A stretch of 64,000 nt of DNA from Microgenomates group bacterium GW2011_GWC1_46_15 (GTDB lineage: Bacteria > Patescibacteriota > Microgenomatia > UBA1400 > UBA12028): the NCBI GenBank assembly GCA_001002285.1, contig LCLX01000001.1, forward strand, positions 64,030 to 128,029, written 5' to 3'. The notes under the pieces were generated by a model. The model was not told the DNA's origin, did not search any database, and saw only the letters and a program-made list of their open reading frames with translations. Of the stretch, positions 38,484-48,278 are shown piece after piece. The position numbers were made by a program, and so were the translations under genes. The number at the start of each line of letters is the position of its first letter. The stretch's first letter is position 1.

Positions 38484-39350
38484 ATGGCTTTTACCCCAGA
38501 TCAAGTACGGCAGAGCATTGAGTCTTCAGCCGCAAACCCAGACCAATTAAGTACGGATCTTGCAAAAGAGCTTACACAAGATCGTTCTGAGCAAGTAGCA
38601 GCAAATTTAAAACTCGATGAAGTTTACGCCCAACTAGAAGGATTAAATCCTTCTGCGCGCATCGCCGAGTTAGCGCGTTTGGCAATTGGAGGAATTGGCG
38701 AGTTTGCGAAGGGGTATAGTAAACACCTTGAGAAGTCGGGTGAAGGAAGAAAGAAAAAGAAAGAACAGTATCAAGCGACTGTAGAGAAAACGCGTGGTCG
38801 CTGGGAAAAAATGGAAGAAAAAATGCGATTGAGAGAGGTCGCAGATAGAGCGGTAAGCAGGATTATGCAGGATGATGAGTACTTCGTTGGAAGGGATCGG
38901 GGGAGATTTGGACGCATAAAAGGTTGGGCAGAGCGTGGAAGAAAATGGATAGAAGAAAAAACAATAGGATTCCCCGAGTGGAGATCAAGAGTTAATGCGA
39001 AAAAAGAACAACAACATCTTGAGGGTGCAGCCAAGTATGCTCGACTTGCAGAAAAGCTGGGAGTAGTGAGTGAAGAAATAAGAAAACTGTTCAAAGAGAT
39101 GGATGCTGATGCAAGTCGGACAGCCTCGGGCAATCTTAATGAAGCAATGACGGAAGAACAGCGAACTGGTGCTAATGTTACCCAAACAGAACAGATGTTT
39201 GGGAAATCAATGAGTCCTGCCGCAGAAGCAATAGGTGAAGCGACTCGTGCCGCAATAAAGCAAATGAATCCCACAGATACATTGGCTCAAGGACAGCGCG
39301 CAGAACAAGGAATTTCGGAACAAGCACAACAAGTACAAAATGAGTATTAA
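38484..39350 (+). CDS. hypothetical highly charged coiled-coil protein (operon gene 1)
   Basis: 288 aa. No TM segment and no catalytic motif. K/E/R-rich. RBS AGGAG four nt upstream. Confidence 0.5.
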   Translation: MAFTPDQVRQSIESSAANPDQLSTDLAKELTQDRSEQVAANLKLDEVYAQLEGLNPSARIAELARLAIGGIGEFAKGYSKHLEKSGEGRKKKKEQYQATVEKTRGRWEKMEEKMRLREVADRAVSRIMQDDEYFVGRDRGRFGRIKGWAERGRKWIEEKTIGFPEWRSRVNAKKEQQHLEGAAKYARLAEKLGVVSEEIRKLFKEMDADASRTASGNLNEAMTEEQRTGANVTQTEQMFGKSMSPAAEAIGEATRAAIKQMNPTDTLAQGQRAEQGISEQAQQVQNEY

Positions 39351-39364
39351 ATAACGGAGAATAT

Positions 39365-39589
39365 ATGGATAAAATTGTGCAAATTATAGAGGAACTCACA
39401 CAGACGATACTTTCAGATACAATGTTGGATGAGTCAACAAAAAGCACCCTTTTAGATCTTGCTGGAGAGGTTTCTCAAGATCCGACACCAGAAAATGTTA
39501 AGGCGCTTGTTCTTACATTGAAAACGCTTTCTAAAACAGAGAGATATCTCACCGCACTTGAAACATTGACCAATCTTTCAGCGGATTAG
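39365..39589 (+). CDS. hypothetical small acidic protein (operon gene 2)
   Basis: 74 aa, starting 14 nt after gene 1. Confidence 0.4.
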   Translation: MDKIVQIIEELTQTILSDTMLDESTKSTLLDLAGEVSQDPTPENVKALVLTLKTLSKTERYLTALETLTNLSAD

Positions 39590-39668
39590 CCTTTTTCTTT
39601 CTCATATTGACTCTCTTTATGTGTAATGAAATACTACTGGTATTCTTCTTGTATGGTGAGGGAGATTT

Positions 39669-42110
39669 ATGGCTGAAGAGATGCACAGTAGTGACTACGA
39701 AAAAGCGAAAGCTGATGCTACGAGTAAAGTTGCAGAAATAACGGCACAAAAAAACCAACTCGGAATGAGTGTTGAGGACGCACAACGCCAACAACAAAAC
39801 TTGCGTGATATTTCAACGAAATTAAGCGAGCAGGAGCAAAAAGCTGGAGAAGTTCATAACGAACTCACTACACTTGACGTCAAAAGAAAGCTGTATCAGG
39901 AATTATTTACAAAACGCCAGAGAACAATAACTGAGGAAGAACAAAGATTACGACAAATAGAAGAGAGACTATCCGTTAAAGAGAAAAACTTTTTTGTGAG
40001 AGTTATAAATAATCCGCAAACCCCATCACTTCTGAGAGATTTAGCAAGAGGAATGTCTCAAAACACAATAGACTATGAATCCGAGAAGGAACGACGCGCT
40101 CAAACAATGAATGTTCTCAGGGCTTTTGAGGCAATGGCAGTAGAAGACGAAAAAAACCTAGAAGAATTATCAATAAAAAGAACGAAGATTGAAGAACAAC
40201 TTGAACAAGTCCAGGGCGTTGCTGCAGAACTTGCTCGGCAAAAAGGAGAAGTAGAATCTTCCCCAGATGCCCAACGCGCAACCCTTGTTCTTGAAATGCA
40301 GCAAACGCTCGAAAAAGCAGAACAGGAACTTGAGCGTATTTCTGGAGAGGAACAAAAATATTGGAAGAGCTACAAAGAGAACATGTTTAATGATCTTGGT
40401 ATTACAGAAGAGGATGTAAAGAAGTGGGAAGAAGATGCTATTAATGTTCGCAAGAAGATAGAGGCGAGGAGTCCAGAGGAGAAAACGGAAGCAGAGGATA
40501 AAATTGTCGAAGGTATGGATATTGGGAGAACGAGAAGACTTTGGATTACAAATAACCCATACGAAACTGCAGTTGACGTTCGGTATAACGAAAAAGGCGA
40601 AGAAAGACCCCTTATTGAATCAGCTGACAACCTTTCCCGGCGCGCACTTTCTGCTGTTGAGTATTTCAAACATATGAGAGAATTGGCAAAAGAACATCAA
40701 GCTAACCTTCCTGGAATTATTGAACAAAGGCAGGAGTATTATGATGGCCAGGTTCGTGAGCTCTCTGAAGCAAAAAGAAAAGAGCTGTATGCCAAATTCG
40801 GGGTTCCTACAGATGAAGAATATAAAGCGCGCGTAAATGAAATACGGGAAAATGGAGTGTTGCTGGAAAATATTGATCAACTGCAGTGGGAAGCAGACAC
40901 GTTTGGGACAAAAGCGAAAAAAGATAAATTACAAAAAGCGCTAGGAAGAATTGAAAAGGAAGTTGACGCATATAACAAACAAATACAAGCATTAAAAGAT
41001 CAAGCACAAAAAGAACTTGAACAGTGGGTTGAAGAAGAACTGAAGCCATTATTAAAATATTTAGCCGCTGATATGGCAAACTCCATAGAACATACTTGGG
41101 AAACATTCGAACATCTTCCAATGAATGCGAAACAAATGATAGCGAGTGGAGAATATGATACCGCTCTTACTCAGGCTGAGGCTGTTACACAGAATGTAGA
41201 CAAACTCCGCGCGTTATTTACAGAAAAAGATGAGATTCTTGGAAAACTTAGTGAAGTTATTCTTGAACAAGAAAAAGAGATGGAGCAAGTTTCACAAAAA
41301 ATGAAATCTCTTCGAGATAGAATGGAAGAACTTCAAATGCAAGTTAATGGTATGGAAGATATGCTTGCGACCATTCCATCAAGATCAACGAAGCAAAGAA
41401 GATCAATAGAGTTAGTAAGGCGGGGATTTAAGGAACAGATTGAAATTGGAAGGCGCGATTTAGCAAAATTTGAAAAGTTACGAGTCAGAGCACTGGAGCA
41501 ACAAAAACAAATTTTGGATGCAGAAAAAGCAAAGTACTATCCCGTAGAACTTCTTGGTGGGAACCTTTTTGGTGATGAAGAGGGGGGAGAAGTTGCAGAA
41601 ACATATAAAGCCTCTATGTATGGAAAGTCTGGAGTAGAAATTGCAAGAAAAGTAGGGAACGAACAAATAAGATTGAAAGTAGATGGTCAGTTAACCGATT
41701 GGGAACAATTGCGCCAGGGAATTGAGAATGATATACAAGAATTTGTTCAAAAAAAGAAGGAAGAAGAACAGAAAGCGCGTGAACGAGCAGAGGGAACTGA
41801 AGCGCAAAAAAGGGCAATAGAGCTTGTTGAACAAATGAGGAGTTCAAATGAAGAACTTTTGAATCTTATGTTAACAACAGAATTTAACAACGAACATCCT
41901 GCAAATAATCAAGAAATCGTACAACAAGTTGCAAAAGACATGGATACTGTTATGGATTGGGTTGACGCCGTTGGTGATGATGAGGTAAAACGGAAAAAGC
42001 TAGCGGATGTTCTTGGGGCAATGGCGAAAGTTCTTGATGAGGGTGGTGAGTATAGAAGAATGAAAAAAACACTTGAAAACTTATCAGCCGGACTCCGATC
42101 CAGCACATGA
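39669..42110 (+). CDS. hypothetical 813-aa coiled-coil protein (operon gene 3)
   Basis: E/K/Q-rich with heptad character throughout. No Walker motifs seen, so not an obvious SMC/Rad50 ATPase. Confidence 0.55.
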   Translation: MAEEMHSSDYEKAKADATSKVAEITAQKNQLGMSVEDAQRQQQNLRDISTKLSEQEQKAGEVHNELTTLDVKRKLYQELFTKRQRTITEEEQRLRQIEERLSVKEKNFFVRVINNPQTPSLLRDLARGMSQNTIDYESEKERRAQTMNVLRAFEAMAVEDEKNLEELSIKRTKIEEQLEQVQGVAAELARQKGEVESSPDAQRATLVLEMQQTLEKAEQELERISGEEQKYWKSYKENMFNDLGITEEDVKKWEEDAINVRKKIEARSPEEKTEAEDKIVEGMDIGRTRRLWITNNPYETAVDVRYNEKGEERPLIESADNLSRRALSAVEYFKHMRELAKEHQANLPGIIEQRQEYYDGQVRELSEAKRKELYAKFGVPTDEEYKARVNEIRENGVLLENIDQLQWEADTFGTKAKKDKLQKALGRIEKEVDAYNKQIQALKDQAQKELEQWVEEELKPLLKYLAADMANSIEHTWETFEHLPMNAKQMIASGEYDTALTQAEAVTQNVDKLRALFTEKDEILGKLSEVILEQEKEMEQVSQKMKSLRDRMEELQMQVNGMEDMLATIPSRSTKQRRSIELVRRGFKEQIEIGRRDLAKFEKLRVRALEQQKQILDAEKAKYYPVELLGGNLFGDEEGGEVAETYKASMYGKSGVEIARKVGNEQIRLKVDGQLTDWEQLRQGIENDIQEFVQKKKEEEQKARERAEGTEAQKRAIELVEQMRSSNEELLNLMLTTEFNNEHPANNQEIVQQVAKDMDTVMDWVDAVGDDEVKRKKLADVLGAMAKVLDEGGEYRRMKKTLENLSAGLRSST

Positions 42111-42119
42111 TGGAAATCC

Positions 42120-44003
42120 ATGACAGAGGCTCCCCCAACTCCTCCGTTAGAAGCGGAAACAGATATACAGACAGAACGACAATCTCCGAAGCTCGTTATT
42201 TCTTCAGAAAGAGTAAAACAATTTAGAGGAAAATACCCTCATATTGTTACCATGCGGGAAGCGATGCTTTCTGATCTAGAGCAAGATGAATCACAATTTG
42301 ATGCAAGTGTTGTTGGCAAAGACGTTGCTCGAGCAAATTTTAAACGATATGTTGATGAGATTCGCTCCTCTCCCCTTACAACAATTCCATCTTTTGAAGA
42401 GATGCAAGAGTTTTTTTCACAGCCCACCAAATCCCAGGAAATTCCTGATGAGGAGGTTGTGGACGATACCGATCTTGATGAAAGAATTGTTCAATTTTGG
42501 AAAGAATATGATGATGTCAAAAATGCATTCACGAATGTATCCGTGACTATAGATCCCTCCGTTGCAGAGTATGTAAATTCTCAATTCGCTCAAATAGATC
42601 AGTTATCAGAGCTGAGTCTTTTTACAAGAGAGAATGTAGCTCGTGCGGAAGAAAAATTAGCAACAATACGTCGAAAATTAGATGAGCATTCTGGTGAAAC
42701 ACAACGGAAAGCTGAAGAATTAAAACAAGATCTTCAAAACAGGGTTCAGGCCGTTAGGACTCAACTCGAGGCATGGAAGGATAAGTTCGATCCAGATGAC
42801 TATCAATCTATTTTGGAAGAGTGTGTGTATTTGGAAAGTGAAATGAATTCCGCCGTACTTGCTCGACTTAACTATATTAATCTTAGATTGGCTCACCTCG
42901 AAACTAAAGTTTCACAAAGTATTAATGCAATGATTGAAGATATCGAAAGAGCCCAAAGAACGTTTCCTGAGGTACTACGAGATTTTCTTAAAGAAACGAA
43001 AAACGCAAAAGGGAAAAATATTGTTGAGGGAGTAATGAATAAGATTTTTGGTAAAAATGAAAAGGAACATCAAGAAAAACTCGCACATTATTTATCGTTT
43101 TTGTTAGGTCTATGCACTTCTTATGGATTGCTTCACGCAGGACACGTTGATGCAGGCCTGAGTTTTAATTTTGCAGTATTCTCAGAAGTTTTTTCCGGAC
43201 TTGCACAACTTACAATAAGTCGAGGAATGCAAGAGCGTGTTGAAATGCTCGAGTATCATCCTCGTGCGAAAAAGATTTTTGGTTCTCTTGCAGAGAAACA
43301 TACGATTTCTTCTCTCATGGGAAGAAGTAGAGAAATTAGTAAGTATGTGTGGTCGGGTATCCACGGTATTGCGGCTGGGGCGGTTTTGCACACGGGATCA
43401 ACTTTTATTGAAAACGCTATGAATACAAGCGCGCATCAACACAAAGAAGTCGCATCACTTACAGGGAAAGCCCATCAAGAACAACCGGTACAGCCGCAAG
43501 GTGATGGAGGTACCTCGACTGGAACGGGTGGAGAAACGGGGGAAGCAGGGGGAATTCCACCAGCCGAAACTCCAACGGTGGGACCACTAAGCGAACCAGT
43601 AAATATCAATACTATGGTGAGTCAAACAGAAGTTGATTTTATTGGGAAATTAGGACATACAGATTTTCCCCGTGCGAGCATGAATCTTCTGGATCACATT
43701 GACCACGCAATTGCCGAAATCAATGGCATTGATCTTACACGTCTCGCCCAAAACACAACGATAGAACTTTTTAATAGAACATATGCTAAAGAAGCCATAC
43801 AAGCCTTACAGAGTGCGCTCCACGAACTTCCAAAAAATGTGCAACTCTATCAAATTCCAATGGACTGGCCAGCTGGTAAACGGTATCTTGTAGAAACGGC
43901 ACTTTCTGGCTATGTCCGAACAGACCCCATGTATCAAGGATTACAACCCATAAACATGGAACATATAAAGGCGATTATTGAGTATTTGAATACATTACAT
44001 TAA
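42120..44003 (+). CDS. hypothetical 627-aa protein with central hydrophobic segments and a G/T-rich linker (operon gene 4)
   Basis: Coiled-coil N-terminal half. Hydrophobic stretches LAHYLSFLLGLCTSYGLLHAG and VWSGIHGIAAGAVLHTG. Low-complexity GDGGTSTGTGGETGEAGG. Confidence 0.5.
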   Translation: MTEAPPTPPLEAETDIQTERQSPKLVISSERVKQFRGKYPHIVTMREAMLSDLEQDESQFDASVVGKDVARANFKRYVDEIRSSPLTTIPSFEEMQEFFSQPTKSQEIPDEEVVDDTDLDERIVQFWKEYDDVKNAFTNVSVTIDPSVAEYVNSQFAQIDQLSELSLFTRENVARAEEKLATIRRKLDEHSGETQRKAEELKQDLQNRVQAVRTQLEAWKDKFDPDDYQSILEECVYLESEMNSAVLARLNYINLRLAHLETKVSQSINAMIEDIERAQRTFPEVLRDFLKETKNAKGKNIVEGVMNKIFGKNEKEHQEKLAHYLSFLLGLCTSYGLLHAGHVDAGLSFNFAVFSEVFSGLAQLTISRGMQERVEMLEYHPRAKKIFGSLAEKHTISSLMGRSREISKYVWSGIHGIAAGAVLHTGSTFIENAMNTSAHQHKEVASLTGKAHQEQPVQPQGDGGTSTGTGGETGEAGGIPPAETPTVGPLSEPVNINTMVSQTEVDFIGKLGHTDFPRASMNLLDHIDHAIAEINGIDLTRLAQNTTIELFNRTYAKEAIQALQSALHELPKNVQLYQIPMDWPAGKRYLVETALSGYVRTDPMYQGLQPINMEHIKAIIEYLNTLH

Positions 44004-44011
44004 GGAAAAAT

Positions 44012-44323
44012 ATGGCAGATACATCAGGTATTGTCCGTTGGATTGAACTGTTAAAGCAACAGGGAAAAACTGAAGAAGAAATTCAGAACGCTCTTATGGA
44101 TTTGAAGAACATGAGTTCACTAAATGTGTATACAACACTTGCAATAACTTTCACAGAAGATGAGTTAAAACAGATTGAAAGTATTACAGATGACCAAGGG
44201 GCAGAGAAAAAAGTTGAAGAAATGTTTCTTGCAAAGACAGGAATGAGTATTGCTGATCTTGTAAAGAGTGTTCAAGATGGGGTGGCAGGGCACGCCGTTC
44301 AGCAATTGCAAAAGAAAAGTTAG
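44012..44323 (+). CDS. hypothetical small protein (operon gene 5)
   Basis: 103 aa, 8 nt after gene 4. Confidence 0.4.
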   Translation: MADTSGIVRWIELLKQQGKTEEEIQNALMDLKNMSSLNVYTTLAITFTEDELKQIESITDDQGAEKKVEEMFLAKTGMSIADLVKSVQDGVAGHAVQQLQKKS

Positions 44324-44351
44324 AACTCTTTCCCCTCAAGTTCTCCAGATA

Positions 44352-44360
44352 TGGTATAAT
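44352..44360 (+). promoter_or_regulatory. extended -10 TGGTATAAT for rpsO, with an about 90-nt leader
   Basis: ccagataTGGTATAATaccc. Confidence 0.45.
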
Positions 44361-44454
44361 ACCCCCAATACTATTCGACTAGATACTTTTCTGTCTTGCG
44401 TTTCTCCGTATACAACGACTGAAACATTCAAGCTCGGCAGACAAGGGAGGACAT

Positions 44455-44724
44455 ATGGCACTCAATGTAACTGCCAAGAAAAAAATTATTCAGGACTTCG
44501 CCACAAAAAAAGGCGATACTGGTTCACCAGAGGTGCAGGTTGCACTTCTCACCGAAAAAATCAATCTTCTCACTGACCATTTGAAGAAACACCGCAAGGA
44601 CAATCACTCCCGCAAAGGTTTGCTGAAGATGGTTGCAAAGCGTCGCAGACTGCTCAACTTCCTTGAGCGCAAAGACGCAAAGCGGTACAATGAACTTCTC
44701 AAGCGGTTAAAGTTGGAAAAGTAA
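44455..44724 (+). CDS. rpsO: 30S ribosomal protein S15
   Basis: [51 protein letters not shown]. Confidence 0.9.
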   Translation: MALNVTAKKKIIQDFATKKGDTGSPEVQVALLTEKINLLTDHLKKHRKDNHSRKGLLKMVAKRRRLLNFLERKDAKRYNELLKRLKLEK

Positions 44725-44770
44725 GAATTTTCTCTCACGAAATCAGAAATGTAGTGATATAATACCAGAT

Positions 44771-45112
44771 ATGCAAAGAGTTTCTGCCTTGAGTGTACAG
44801 CATACTGTTTCCACACCTCTTCCTCGTGCTTTTTATACATATTTTTGGGATATCTCACCGAAAAACATTGATGTCCAGAAACATACAAAATATATTATTG
44901 AGCGCATCATGACGTGGGGAGATGAAACTGCGTGTAGGTGGATGCACAAAACTTTTAGTTTAGAAAGTATTCGTGAAACACTGAAAACTTCAAGGAACTT
45001 GGACAAAAAAACCGCGGTCTTTTTCTCGTACATCTATGATGTTTCCCAAAAGGAGGTGCGATGTTTACAGAAACAGTCTCCCCCGAGACCAAGCGCATTT
45101 TGGCCCTATTAG
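44771..45112 (+). CDS. hypothetical protein, possible partner/antitoxin of the downstream AbiEii-like gene
   Basis: 113-aa ORF with an extended -10 TGATATAAT (44755-44763) only 7 nt upstream. Overlaps the next gene by 52 nt. Confidence 0.3.
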   Translation: MQRVSALSVQHTVSTPLPRAFYTYFWDISPKNIDVQKHTKYIIERIMTWGDETACRWMHKTFSLESIRETLKTSRNLDKKTAVFFSYIYDVSQKEVRCLQKQSPPRPSAFWPY

Positions 45113-45690
45113 CAAAAGAGCCATTTGTCCGTAAATACTATCTTGCTGGTGGGACTGTGCTCGCATTGCACTATGGTCATCGTATCTCATACGATCTTGA
45201 TTTTTTTAGCCAAACTCCCGAGGAAAAACATATCATTGTAGACCGATTAACTGCATTGGGAAAAGTATTCATTAAACAGAATGATCAAGGAACATTTAAT
45301 GGGATTCTCGATGATGTAAAGATTAGTTTTTTCATCTATCCCTATCATCTTTTAAAACCGACAACACGAGTATTGGATGTTGAAACCGCAAGTTCATTGG
45401 ACTGTGCATGTATGAAACTTGACGCAATCGGATCGCGCGGATTAAAAAGAGATTTTTATGACCTCTACATGATTTTACATGAATATACACTCGACGAACT
45501 TTTGCATGCGTTCAAAGAGAAATATAAGACGGCAAGTACGGACCCATTCCATGTTCTTCGGAGTCTTACATATTTTATTGATGCAGAGGAAGATGAAGCA
45601 ATCAATCTCCTTAAACCACTCGAATGGGATACAGTAAAAACTTTCTTTATCAAACAAGTGAGTAGCTTTACACGGGAACGTCTGGTATAA
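45061..45690 (+). CDS. nucleotidyltransferase AbiEii/AbiGii-like toxin family protein (DUF1814-type)
   Basis: KRILALLAKEPFVRKYYLAGGTVLALHYGHRISYDLDFF is the family's N-terminal signature. Confidence 0.6.
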   Translation: MFTETVSPETKRILALLAKEPFVRKYYLAGGTVLALHYGHRISYDLDFFSQTPEEKHIIVDRLTALGKVFIKQNDQGTFNGILDDVKISFFIYPYHLLKPTTRVLDVETASSLDCACMKLDAIGSRGLKRDFYDLYMILHEYTLDELLHAFKEKYKTASTDPFHVLRSLTYFIDAEEDEAINLLKPLEWDTVKTFFIKQVSSFTRERLV

Positions 45691-45836
45691 TAGTTTGGAT
45701 TAGGATTATATAAGAGAAAGGAATGGAGTTTTGGAGGGATTGAGTATTCACATGTGCGTGAGCATACCTATCGCGGGTAGTAGCCGAAAACGTAGATGCG
45801 AACACTGAATTCCTCTCAAATTTTCCAGTTATTGAT

Positions 45837-48260
45837 ATGAAGAAACCAAGTGTTTCAAACGTGTATTCCAAAACCGTCCACGTGGGCGGAAAAGAAATTA
45901 AACTCGAGGTCGGAAAGTTTTCCGAACAGGCCGCGGCCGCTGTATTGGCGACATGTGGCGAAACGGTCGTGCACGCAACAGTCGTGGGTGGCCGCGAGAG
46001 TACATTGGACTACTTCCCATTGCAAGTTGAGTATGTTGAAAAGCTCTTTGCCGGTGGGAAAATTAAAGGTTCACGATGGGTTAAGCGCGATGGTCGTCCA
46101 AACGATGACGCTGTGTTAAAAGGTCGTCTTATTGACCGTGCGATCCGCCCGTTGTTTCCCGAAGGTTTGAAGAACGAAGTGCAGGCAATTGCGACAGTGC
46201 TTTCGGTTGATAATGCAAACGATCCAGACATGGTTGCGATGGTCGCTATTTCCACTGCACTCTCAATTTCCAACATTCCATGGGATGGCCCAATCGCGGG
46301 TGTCCGCATGGGATATGTCAAAGAATTCAAAGAATTTTTGTTGAATCCGACATACGAAGAGCGCGCAAAATCGCAGTTAGATTTGGTAGTTGCGGGTTCT
46401 AAAGACGCGATTGTGATGGTTGAGTCCGGCGCGGATGAAGTAACAGAAGACGTGATGATTGACGCGCTCGCGAAAGCGCACGAAGCGATCGTTGGCGTTG
46501 TCGTAGATCTCGAAAAAATGGTCAAAGACATTGGACAGGAAAAGTTCACGTTTACACCCGTGGTTGCAGACGAAGCATTGGTAAAAACACTCGGAAAAAA
46601 GTATGCAAAAGAAATAAAAGAGTTCGTGAAACATGAAGCACTGCTTGAACCGGTTGGCGTGAGCGAGCTGGTTACCACGATGATTGCCGAAGATGAAACA
46701 CAAGATGTTGGCAAACTTAAAGAAGCATTCCACGTGTTGATTAAAGAAGAAGCGCGCCGCCAGACTTTAGAAGATAAACTTCGCCCGGATGGCCGCAAAC
46801 TTGATGAGATCCGCCAAATCACGTGTGAAGTAGACATTTTGCCACGGCCGCACGGGTCGGCAATGTTCAAGCGCGGATCCACCCAAGCATTAACAATTAC
46901 GACATTGGGTGCCCCATCATTGGGCCAACTCATTGAAGACATGGAGGGTGAGGAAGAGAAACACTACATTCATCACTACGAAATGCCGCCGTATGCTTCG
47001 GGTGAAGCCGGCCGTTTGGGAAGCCCGCGCCGCCGCGAAATCGGGCACGGTGCTTTAGCCGAGCGCGCGTTGTTCCCGATGATTCCCGCGCAAAACGAGT
47101 TCCCGTACACGATTCACGTTGTTTCAAGCATTATGAGTTCGAATGGTTCAACATCAATGGCTTCGGTGTGCGGAAGCACGATGTCGCTGATGGCCGCCGG
47201 TGTTCCAATCAAAAAACCGGTTGCCGGTATTGCGATGGGATTAATGACCGATGGCAAGAAGCACGTTGTCCTTTCCGACATTCAAGGAATGGAAGATCAC
47301 ACAGGCGACATGGACTTCAAAGTTGCGGGAACAAAAGATGGTATCACCGCGCTCCAAATGGATATCAAGGTGAAAGGAATTTCAGTTGATATTTTGCGCA
47401 CAGCACTTGGCCAAGCAAAAGACGGCCGATTGTTCATTTTAGGCAAGATGCTCGAAGCAATTGCTGAACCACGCAAGACATTATCGAAGTACGCGCCAAA
47501 GATTGTTCAGATTGAAGTTCCATTCGACCGCATTGGCGAGTTGATTGGCCCGGGCGGCAAGGTGATTAAAAACATCATCGCGACAACTGGTGCGCAGGTT
47601 GATGTCGAAGAAAATGACGAGAAAACAAAAGGCATTGTGAACATTTCTTCACAGGATGATGAAGCGATTGAAAAAGCCCGTGCATGGATCAGCGGTATGA
47701 TGCGCGATGTTGTTGCCGGCGAAGAGTTTGACGGTATCGTAACACGGATTGAAAACTTCGGCATTTTTGTCGAGTTCTTGCCAGGCCGCGACGGACTTGT
47801 ACACGTTTCGCGCATGAGTACTGAGTATGTTTCCGATCCACACGTGTTGTTTAAGATTGGTGACTCCGCGCATGTTCGGTTAACTGAAGTTGACGACCAA
47901 GGCCGGTACAACCTCACGATGCTCACAAAAGAGCAGGAAGAGGCGGCCCGCGCAAAACGCAGTAGCGAAGGAAGTGGAGAAGGCCGCGGAGGAAGTGGTT
48001 ATGGTGGCGGTAGCTCCTCTGGAGGATTCGGTGGTGGCGGACGCAGCTTTGGCGGAGACCGTGGTGGCAGCCGGGGCGGATACGGTGGCGGCCGAGGTGG
48101 ATCAGGTGGTGGCTATGGTGGTGGACGAAGCTTTGGCGGTGACAGAGGCGGTCGTGGTGGATTTGGCGGAAGCCGTCCCAGCTTTGGATCAGGCGGCGCA
48201 GGTGCGAACTCCGGCGGCGAACGTAAATCTCCAGGATATGCTGCGCAAAAGCAGTACTAA
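45837..48260 (+). CDS. pnp: polynucleotide phosphorylase with an about 100-aa RGG/GYGG low-complexity C-terminal tail
   Basis: Two RNase PH domains, KH and S1 regions (GDSAHVRLTEVDDQGRYNLTM), then GSGEGRGGSGYGGGSSSGGFGGGGRSFGGDRGGSRGGYGGG... Confidence 0.9.
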   Translation: MKKPSVSNVYSKTVHVGGKEIKLEVGKFSEQAAAAVLATCGETVVHATVVGGRESTLDYFPLQVEYVEKLFAGGKIKGSRWVKRDGRPNDDAVLKGRLIDRAIRPLFPEGLKNEVQAIATVLSVDNANDPDMVAMVAISTALSISNIPWDGPIAGVRMGYVKEFKEFLLNPTYEERAKSQLDLVVAGSKDAIVMVESGADEVTEDVMIDALAKAHEAIVGVVVDLEKMVKDIGQEKFTFTPVVADEALVKTLGKKYAKEIKEFVKHEALLEPVGVSELVTTMIAEDETQDVGKLKEAFHVLIKEEARRQTLEDKLRPDGRKLDEIRQITCEVDILPRPHGSAMFKRGSTQALTITTLGAPSLGQLIEDMEGEEEKHYIHHYEMPPYASGEAGRLGSPRRREIGHGALAERALFPMIPAQNEFPYTIHVVSSIMSSNGSTSMASVCGSTMSLMAAGVPIKKPVAGIAMGLMTDGKKHVVLSDIQGMEDHTGDMDFKVAGTKDGITALQMDIKVKGISVDILRTALGQAKDGRLFILGKMLEAIAEPRKTLSKYAPKIVQIEVPFDRIGELIGPGGKVIKNIIATTGAQVDVEENDEKTKGIVNISSQDDEAIEKARAWISGMMRDVVAGEEFDGIVTRIENFGIFVEFLPGRDGLVHVSRMSTEYVSDPHVLFKIGDSAHVRLTEVDDQGRYNLTMLTKEQEEAARAKRSSEGSGEGRGGSGYGGGSSSGGFGGGGRSFGGDRGGSRGGYGGGRGGSGGGYGGGRSFGGDRGGRGGFGGSRPSFGSGGAGANSGGERKSPGYAAQKQY

Positions 48261-48278
48261 TGTTTCATGGTACGATAG

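Noticed and set aside
38484-44323. Prophage or phage-remnant interpretation of the coiled-coil operon
   Set aside because: There is no integrase, terminase, portal, capsid, tail or lysis gene anywhere in the window. The flanks are core genes with no att-like duplication. Kept as a remote possibility only (a tape-measure-like protein).
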